Source: Phyllobates terribilis
Taxonomy: Eukaryota
Assembly: GCF_046119375.1 (NCBI RefSeq)
Contig: NW_027362768.1
Span: forward strand, 385,020,001-385,084,000
DNA length: 64,000 nucleotides
Direction: 5' to 3'
In this document: piece by piece, positions 1-9,300 of the stretch
How positions within the stretch are numbered: the first letter of the stretch is position 1
How the letters are laid out: each line of letters opens with the position of its first letter
The notes under the pieces: model-generated
Told to the model about the DNA's origin: nothing
The model's database searches: none
The model's input: only the letters and a program-made list of their open reading frames with translations
Translations under genes and position numbers: made by a program

Positions 1-1075
1 GACCTCTCCTGTTCTCCAAGAAATGTTCAAAGATTATAAAGAATGGTTCAGTAATTTCCTCTACTATCTCTTTCAGAACCCTAGGATGTAATTCATCTGG
101 ACCTGGAGACTTGAATTCATTTATGTTAGCTAAGTGTTCCCACACTCTCTGTTTATAGATTCTTCTATTCCTTCAATAGTACAGTGACGATCAGTTGATG
201 TTACATTTACCTTCTTAGCGAACACAGAAGCAATATAGGAATTTAAAAGTTCGGTCTTCTCAGCATTAATTTTTTTTTTTTACCAGTTCACCATTTTCAT
301 CCTGTAAAAATCCTATGGCATCTTTGACATCTCTGGCAAGCCTTAATTCATTCTCAGCTTTAGCTAATCGGATGCGTGCCCTACAGGTTCTGCAGACAGC
401 AGTATATTCTTCTTCAGATAGGCCTCCCTCTTTCCATTTGATAAACATTTCTTTCTTCCTTTTTAGCATGTGTTTAAAGTTCTGTGTTCATCCATCCTGG
501 TTTCCTTAAATGCTTCCTATTCTTCCCTTTTTTAGGGATTGTAAACTATTGTGCTTTCAGAATTTCATTTTTCAAAGTTACCCATCCTTCCTGAGCATTT
601 CTGTCCTTAAGGACATCCAGCCATTGGATCCCTCCTATCCTTTTTCAGAGTCCCATAAAATCTGCCTTTCTGAAACCCAACCTTGAAGTCTGACTCTTCA
701 CAGGTCTTCCTCCTCTAGTTATCCAAAACTCTAATGATGGCATGATCGCTACCTCCTGGGGTCCCAGCCACCATTGCTTCCTCAACCATTTCCCCAATGT
801 TGGTAAGAATTAGATCCAAAGCAGCAGATCCCCTTGTTCTCTCTTCTACCTTTTGGAAGATAAAGTTGTCAGATATAAGCTTTTCTGCGACACCTCCTCC
901 CCGTTTATTCAATCTGGAATACAAGGCAAGAAGGATACAACTTATTTGCAAGAAACAAATCATGTATATCGTCCCACCAAGTTTCAGTGATGCCAATGAC
1001 ATTTCTTTTCCAATTCTCCTGGTTTGTTGCCCAGGCTCTGTGCATTTGTATAGAAACATCTTAGTTTGTGATCGG
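1..1075 (-). mobile_element. Decayed CR1-clade LINE ORF2 fragment (APE endonuclease to pre-RT region)
   Basis: Minus-strand peptides in CR1 ORF2 order: [38 protein letters not shown]...[78 protein letters not shown]; broken by stops and frameshifts. Confidence 0.85.
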
Positions 1076-1603
1076 TTTCTTTCTCCGATATTTTTTTATT
1101 ATTCTGATTTTTTTGTCTTTGTTCTTCGGTTACACATCTAGTAGCAGAGCTCTCAATAGTATTTGTTCGCTGTATGGCTTTCCCATGGCCTTTAGCTTTT
1201 TTTCTCACAATGCTAATGTAGGCCTTAGGTATACATGAGATCCAGCCCGCACGTCCTCCTCTGCTTACGGTCACTTCACAGACACAAGAGTAGTTGTAAG
1301 CACCCGCTGTTACAGATGGATGATGAGGAGCAGAGCGCCAGCAGCATACGTGAAGCATAGTGGAGGCTCATCGGGGGGCGGGGCTTGTCTCCATAACTCC
1401 TCCCCCCCAGGTTCCCACACTCAAGTCTGCACTGTCGGCATCTTACAGGTTCTCCACTGCTTTTTACACCAAACTGAAAATCCATTCATAAGATTGGAAA
1501 CACCTGGGTAAGAAGAGTCCGGACCCCAGGAAACCCACCAGCCTCCATCATACCCCCCCTCCAGTGATCACACCCCAGACACATGACTACATGTAACCAT
1601 TGT

Positions 1604-1609
1604 TTTATT
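1604..1609 (-). terminator. Candidate WDR82 polyadenylation signal AATAAA (3'UTR about 1590-3348)
   Basis: tttatt on + strand; U-rich sequence upstream and GT-rich sequence downstream on the minus strand. Confidence 0.5.
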
Positions 1610-3348
1610 TGTGTAAAAACATATATACAAGGAATATGAGGGGACGGTTACTGCGGGAACATCCACATCACTGTCCACACCAGACTGAATACATGCGGGA
1701 CCAGTCACTGAGAACACGGCAAGGCACGGCCCCCCTCTGAGCCGATCTAATACTGGAAGATACAATACATCAGGACTGGGGTCCTGCGAGGTCGCGGAGA
1801 GCCCGCATGCCCAGCAAGTAAAAGGGCCCCTCATCTGTCGGCTCCGCACTGACAGCGCAGCTCCATGTATGCTACTGCTTTCTCCTATCAGCCGTCTCAG
1901 GATGAGAGTGGTATTCCTCTATGGGATGAGTTGATGGGACGTGCCCCCCACTTATCCCCCCATCCCCAGTGCCGATATCGGCTGCTGCTCCAAGAACCTC
2001 TAGAAACAGTAACGGCCATCGCCTCCTTTCATAAACCCCAATCGATAAGGGTCCTGGGCTTATTGAAAAGGTGGTCCGGGTAAGAGGCGCTCGCTACATA
2101 AGGAGCAGCATCCGGGGTCTGCACCGACATCGGAAACAACGTCACCATTCATCCGAACGCTGCGGCTTGTGATAGACAGCAGCGGTCCGGTGATCTGCTC
2201 CAGGTGTAACTAGGAAAAAAAAAAACATCATTGGTGTGAGGTTCAAGTCACTTGACCGCTGCAGTCTATCACAAGCCGCAGCGGTCCCTTGGTGACGATA
2301 ATGGCCAGTGTTGGATCCAGGGGCAGAGTAGGGTTTATTCTATTTTTACTCCAGGTAACGAGCATCTTATCACCGGACGACCCCTTTAAAGAGAGAATAC
2401 ACATGTAATGCCTCCAATACTCGCCGTTATAAATCAGATTAATTTCTGGAAAATAAAAAATAACAAAATGTCTCGCGGTAAAATTTGATGTCTGCAAAAA
2501 TCAGAAAGATCCGATAACGGGAAACAACATTTCATCGGGAAGTAATCTGCAAATCCTGTGCTTTATCTTCTGCTCCAGTCACATCCAATATCCAATGGAT
2601 CTGCTTCTATGGACAACTGCATCGGGGGTCTGCAGCTACCATACCCTTAAAGGGGCGCAGCACAAGCGAGGCAGACGTCTTCTGTATCAGGTACCACAAG
2701 TCTTTCCAGGGGGGGCTCTTGGCCTGATACGTCTACCCTCTGAAATACAGAACCCCATATCCAGGACCAGTATGAGCGGCTGCGGGGGCCCGAGACAAAG
2801 CAGAAGATTTACAGAGCGAGAAACGTGAACCAGCCCCTCCAAAAACAGAAGCAGAGCCCCTCCACTGGAGAGGAAATACTAGGACGGAGGGCACAGGTGC
2901 CCCTCATCAGCTTTACCTGTCCATCAGTCACAAGGTAAAAGTCTATAATCAATCACCCCCCAAAGAGTCCTCGCACCCCGGCACCAAAGGCGGCTGGGAA
3001 GGGATTGTAAATTTAAGTCTTCACCCCCCCCCCCCTGTGAGGGCCAGGATCACTCAATGTGCCCACCAAAAATATACATATATATAAAAAAACTGCAGAG
3101 CGCCGGCCGCAGCAACACGGAGACCCCCCAACAACGGGAAATAACGGGGCTCAAAGAGAAGGTCAGAGCAGGAATTAAAAAAAAAAAAAAAAAGGGAAAA
3201 TCCTCCATCTGTAAAGGACGAGGTTCAGATGCTGGAAGTGAACGCTGCAACACATCCCACCAGGGGCAGCGGTAACGATGGAAAGCGCAGGGATGAAGGA
3301 TTGGAAATGTCACCATGGAGGGCGGCCGGGGAGGAGGATGGGCGATCT

Positions 3349-3378
3349 TTAGTCATCAATGGTCGGCAGCCAGAAAGC
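3349..3378 (-). CDS. WDR82: WDR82 exon 9 (terminal coding exon)
   Basis: cag|GCT TTC TGG CTG CCG ACC ATT GAT GAC TAA = AFWLPTIDD*. Confidence 0.95.
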   Translation of the reverse strand, partial: AFWLPTIDD

Positions 3379-6300
3379 CTGGAGCAGAAGGAAAGAAAAA
3401 TTACCATACAGGACAGTCATGGAAGATTCCCTGCCCCCATCCTCTGGACGTACCACAGAGAAGGGCTCTCAACTGGCGAACCACAGTCCGGACCCCACAA
3501 CGGCCCGGACCCCCCCCCATTGCAAGAGCAGTGCCAGGGCCTGGGGCAACAGGTAGTAGCACTGATTAATGTGAAAATGGCGTGCATCTCCGTGCCGCGG
3601 GGCAGGGAGCAAATAAGAGGCACCCAAAGGGGTCTTGCATACACTTATGCCTGGGGGTCTCACATTCGCTTTAGGCTGGTGTCTCCCCCAGACGTTAGTC
3701 ACCCAGCCTAGGGGGTCTAACGTTCGCTGTAAGCACCTAGTTCCGGGGGTCTCACATGCACTTTTAGCACGATAGGGCTCTAGTCCGGGGGGGGGGCACA
3801 GATCTGCTTTTCATAACAATAAACATGTAAATAGTTCTTCAAAGTTTTGGGAAATGTTCCAGTTGATCGTCTTGGACCTTCACTATAACGCGCCGGGTCC
3901 ATGGTGGGCTGTATAACTACCCGGGTCCTCACCATGTTGGAGCAGGCGCTGGCGAAGGTCATGAATTTGGGGTTGAACTGCAGGCAGGTGATGGGTCCGG
4001 TGTGCTTCCCGTCCAGCACGGCCACCTTCATGCCGCTCTCTCCATTCCACACGTGATCTTCCCATCTTCTGACCCTGTACAGACACGAAGACGTCAGCGT
4101 CCTGCGGAGAAGAGACGGGAGGAGGAAGGGGGTCGGCCATCATCTTACCGATCATGATGAACTGAGAATCCGGAGTGAAGGAGGCCTCCAGGGTGACGCC
4201 TTTACTGTTGTTATACCCCTGCAGGGAAGACACAATCGATATTCTGACCATCGCTCCCATCGGGCACATCCTCACTCTCAATTCGCTCCAACCGCTTACC
4301 CCGAACGTGTGCAGCACCGCCCCTTTAAACGCATCCACCAACCGCAGGAAGCCGCCATTGGTCGCCAGAAGTATTAATTTGCCATCGTTGCTGAATTTGA
4401 GTGATGTCCACTCACAGGTTCGGTCAGGATTCATCTTAAAGGTGGCGAATGGACCCTGAGAAAAAAAAAAGAAATGGAAAATAGCACATCATGAGCCCTG
4501 GATGAGCAACTGCCCAAATATCCAGATGCTCCTCAGCGCCGCCCTAAATCCACAGGACAAGAGTTCCCAATCACAGCCTCATGTACCTTGTCAAAGGAGC
4601 GCAGGTCATAAAGCTTCACCATCTCAGAATTCACCCCCGCCGCAAAAATAAGACCCTCAGGGTCGAAGGAGCACACCGGCTTCCCCAGCAGGTGCATCAG
4701 ACCCTGTGTAAGGGAAAGAGAAGGAGCCCGTCAGCAGGAAGGTTCTGGGAGATGTCATGGAACGTCAGAGCCGGGGAGACCACACCGACCTGACAGTTGG
4801 GAGAGCGGAGATCCCATAACCGGATGGTTTTATCCAAAGATCCAGAAATAAAGGCGTCATCTACGGGAGACATGGACAGAGCCACGACCCTGGAGAAACA
4901 AGGGGAGACGAAGCTGTTAGTGAAGGAGGCGCCAAGAAGGAGGACCAGGGGTCAACAGGACCCCCATCACAAGGACGCGGCAAAGCCAAAGCCACAAAAG
5001 TGGAAATTCACCAGAATGTGCGATCCTGACCGATGTAATAGCACAGCAGTGACCGCAAACACCGGAGGAGGAAGAGGAGGAGGAGGAAGGGGACGAGGAC
5101 GAGGAGGAGGAAGGGGACGAGGACGAGGAGGAGGAAGGGGACGAGGACGAGGAGGAGGAAGGGGACGAGGACGAGGAGGAGGAAGGGGACGAGGAGGAGG
5201 AAGGGGACGAGGACGAGGAAGGGGACGAGGACGAGGAAGGGGACGAGGAGGAGGAAGGGGACGAGGAGGAGGAAGGGGACGAGGAGGAGGAGGAAGGGGA
5301 CGAGGAGGAGGAGGAAGGGGACGAGGAGGAGGAGGAAGGGGACGAGGAGGGAAGAGGGGAAGAGAAGGGGAGGAAGAGGGAAGAGAAGGAAGGGGAGGAA
5401 GGGGGAAGAGAAGGAAGGGGAGGAAGGGGGAAGAGAAGGAAGGGGAGGAAGGGGGAAGGGGAGGAAGGGGAGAAGGGGGAAGGGGGGGAAGGGGAGGAGG
5501 GGGGAAGGGGAGGAAGGAGGAAGGGGGAAGGGGAGGAAGGGGAAGGGGAGGAAGGGGGGGAAGGGGAGGAAGGGGGGGAAGGGGAGGAAGGGGGGGAAGG
5601 GGAGGAAGGGGGGAAGGGGAGGAAGGGGGGGAAGGGGAGGAAGGGGGGAAGGGGGGGAAGGGGAGGAAGAGGGAGGAAGAGGGAGGAAGAGGGAGGAAGA
5701 GGGAGGAAGAGGGAGGAAGAGGGGGGAAGAGGGGGGAAGAGGGGGAGAGGGGGGAAGAGGGGGAAGAGGGGGGAAGAGGGGGGAAGAGGGGGGAAGAGGG
5801 GGAAGGGGGGAAGGGGGGGAAGGGGGGGAAGGGGGGAAGGGGGGGAAGGGGGAGGAGGAAGAGGGGGAAGGGGAGGAAGAGGGGGAAGGGGAGGAAGAGG
5901 GGGAAGGGGAGGAAGAGGGGGAAGGGGAGGAAGAGGGGGNNNNNNNNNNNNNNNNNNNNNNNNNNNNNNNNNNNNNNNNNNNNNNNNNNNNNNNNNNNNN
6001 NNNNNNNNNNNNNNNNNNNNNNNNNNNNNNNNNNNNNNNNNNNNNNNNNNNNNNNNNNNNNNNNNNNNNNNNNNNNNNNNNNNNNNNNNNNNNNNNNNNN
6101 NNNNNNNNNNNNNNNNNNNNNNNNNNNNNNNNNNNNNNNNNNNNNNNGGAGGAAGAGGGAGGAAGAGGGGGGAAGAGGGGGGAAGAGGGAGGAAGAGGGG
6201 GGGAAGAGGGGGGAAGAGGGGGGGAAGAGGGGGGAAGAGGGGGGAAGAGGGGGGAAGCGGGGGAAGAGGGGGAGGGAGGAAGGGGGGAAGGGGAGGAAGG

Positions 6301-9300
6301 GGGGGAAGGGGAGGAAGAGGGGGAAGGGGAGGAAGGGGGGAAGGGGAGGAAGAGGGGGAAGGGAGGAAGAGGGGGAAGGGGAGGAAGAGGGGGAAGGGAG
6401 GAAGAGGGGGAAGGGGAGGAAGAGGGGAAGGGGAGGAAGAGGGGAAGTGGAGGAAGAGGGGGAAGTGGAGGAAGGGGAGGAAGAGGGGGANNNNNNNNNN
6501 NNNNNNNNNNNNNNNNNNNNNNNNNNNNNNNNNNNNNNNNNNNNNNNNNNNNNNNNNNNNNNNNNNNNNNNNNNNNNNNNNNNNNNNNNNNNNNNNNNNN
6601 NNNNNNNNNNNNNNNNNNNNNNNNNNNNNNNNNNNNNNNNNNNNNNNNNNNNNNNNNNNNNNNNNNGGGGGGAAGAGGGGGGAAGAGGGGGGGGGGAAGA
6701 GGGGGAAGAGGGGGAGAGGGGAAGGGAGGAAGGGGGAAGGGGAGGAAGGGGGGAAGGGGAGGAAGAGGGGGAAGGGGAGGAAGGGGGGGAAGGGGAGGAA
6801 GAGGGGGAAGGGGAGGAAGAGGGGGAAGGGGAGGAAGAGGGGGAAGGGGAGGAAGAGGGGGAAGGGGAGGAAGAGGGGAAGGGGAGGAAGAGGGGGAAGT
6901 GGAGGAAGAGGGGGAAGTGGGGAAGGGGAGGAAGAGGGGGAAGGGGGAGGNNNNNNNNNNNNNNNNNNNNNNNNNNNNNNNNNNNNNNNNNNNNNNNNNN
7001 NNNNNNNNNNNNNNNNNNNNNNNNNNNNNNNNNNNNNNNNNNNNNNNNNNNNNNNNNNNNNNNNNNNNNNNNNNNNNNNNNNNNNNNNNNNNNNNNNNNN
7101 NNNNNNNNNNNNNNNNNNNNNNNNNNNNNNNNNNNNNNNNNNNNNNNNNNNNNNNNNNNNNNNNNNNNNNNNNNNNNNNNNNNNNNNNNNNNNNNNNGGA
7201 GGAAGAGGGGGAAGGGGAGGAAGAGGGGGAAGGGGAGGAAGAGGGGGAAGGGGAGGAAGAGGGGGAAGGGGAGGAAGAGGGGGAAGGGGAGGAAGAGGGG
7301 GAAGGGGAGGAAGAGGGAGNNNNNNNNNNNNNNNNNNNNNNNNNNNNNNNNNNNNNNNNNNNNNNNNNNNNNNNNNNNNNNNNNNNNNNNNNNNNNNNNN
7401 NNNNNNNNNNNNNNNNNNNNNNNNNNNNNNNNNNNNNNNNNNNNNNNNNNNNNNNNNNNNNNNNNNNNNNNNNNNNNNNNNNNNNNNNNNNNNNNNTGGG
7501 GGACGAGGGGGAAGAGGGGGAAATGAGGGGCGGATAGAGGGAGGAAGAGGGCAGGAACGCAAGGNNNNNNNNNNNNNNNNNNNNNNNNNNNNNNNNNNNN
7601 NNNNNNNNNNNNNNNNNNNNNNNNNNNNNNNNNNNNNNNNNNNNNNNNNNNNNNNNNNNNNNNNCAGAAAAATGACCTATCATATGTCATGGTCAACGAC
7701 ACCCTGTATTATACTCCAGAGCTGCACTCACTATTCTGCTGGTGCAGTCACTGTATACATATATTACTGATCCTGAGTTACATCCTGTATTATACTCCAG
7801 AGCTGCACTCACTATCCTGCTGGTGCAGTCACTGTGTACATACATTACATTACTGATCCTGAGTTACCTCCTGTATTATACTCCAGAGCTGCACTCACTA
7901 TTCTGCTGGTGCAGTCACTGTGTACATACATTACATTACTGATCCTGAGTTACATCCTGTATTATACTCCAGAGCTGCACTCACTATTCTGCTGGTGCAG
8001 TCACTGTGTACATACATTACATTACTGATCCTGAGTTACATTCTGTATTATACTCCAGAGCATCACTCACTATTCTGCTGGTGCAGTCACTGTGTACATA
8101 CATTACATTACTGATCCTGAGTTACATCCTGTATTATACTCCAGAGCTGCACTCACTATTCTGCTGGTGCAGTCACTGTGTACATACATTACATTACTGA
8201 TCCTGAGTTACATTCTGTATTATACTCCAGAGCATCACTCACTATTCTGCTGGTGCAGTCACTGTGTACATACATTACATTACTGATCCTCAGTTACATC
8301 CTGTATTATCCTCCAGAGCTGCACTCACATGACATATTATAACGCGGTGAGGTGTAACATAACATTATAGATCTATAACGCTATCACATTATATAATATA
8401 CGCGCTCTGTAGTCGTCATCGCCGCTTGTGCCGTGTCCCGGGCAAGGCAGTAGCCTGTACAGTTATCTCCGACCGCGGGTGATGTCACAGACCCTTAAAC
8501 TGTACAAACAACTACCTCAGCCCGGGCCCACGCGCTCCGCCACCGCCTCCAGGATCGATGGACGCCATCTTTGAAGACCGCGATTAACTCTTAGGATGTA
8601 GAAGCAGAGAGCGATCGCAGAGCTGAGGGCCCGGGCGGCTCTTCAGCGAGCGCGGCTTCGTACCATCAATCTTGTTGGAGCTGTAGACCACAGTGTTTGC
8701 GGCGTGCGTGTAGCGGATCAGGTCCACGCCGTACTTCTTACTGTATAACGTCCGCTTGGGCCTGTGAGGAAGGAAAAGAAAAAAAAGTCACCAATAGCTC
8801 CTTTTTTCAGGAGCGCTTCACCTCAACACACTCTACCTGCGGCTTCTAATGATCTCTAGTGCTGCTCTCGCTTCAGAGGGTTTGTTACAATTGTATCCAG
8901 CCTGGACTCTGGACTGATGCAATGTAACAAACTACTGAAACGTCCCACTACGCTATTACATGCTGAGGAGCAGTCATGAGCACCGACCGCCTCCTGTCGA
9001 GCCGCGCCGGACACCAATAAACTCAACACTGGAATTATCCAACCAGGAAGGAAAACTCCTGGAATTGTGGAAATCCAAGAAACGTCACCGACACATGATG
9101 GAAAGTGGAAACAAGTCTGAGCCACGGGTAGAAAGAGGAGGAGCGGGGCCACGGTATCACGTGGTCTCCAGATGGAGGTCGGGGGCTGCAGTGGAGGTCT
9201 GTCCTCTTCAGCAATCAGTTTATTTTTCCTTGGATGCAATGATATCCGGAGAACACGAGAGCAACACCACGAGGGAACGGCACAGCGATCGTCCTCCCGG

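Noticed and set aside
1315-1480. Possible C/D box snoRNA (ATGATGA near 1319, CTGA near 1475)
   Set aside because: No terminal stem or recognisable guide; not in an identifiable host intron
4797-7702. About 900-aa RGG-, Pro- and Ser-rich ORFs resembling FUS/GAR or extensin proteins
   Set aside because: Low-complexity purine tract with N gaps translated as X; intronic to WDR82
8410-8460. Minus-strand peptide CPGHGTS resembling the FPGHSKR of WDR82 exon 3
   Set aside because: It overlaps the let-7g 3p arm, lacks the rest of the exon, and has no matching splice sites
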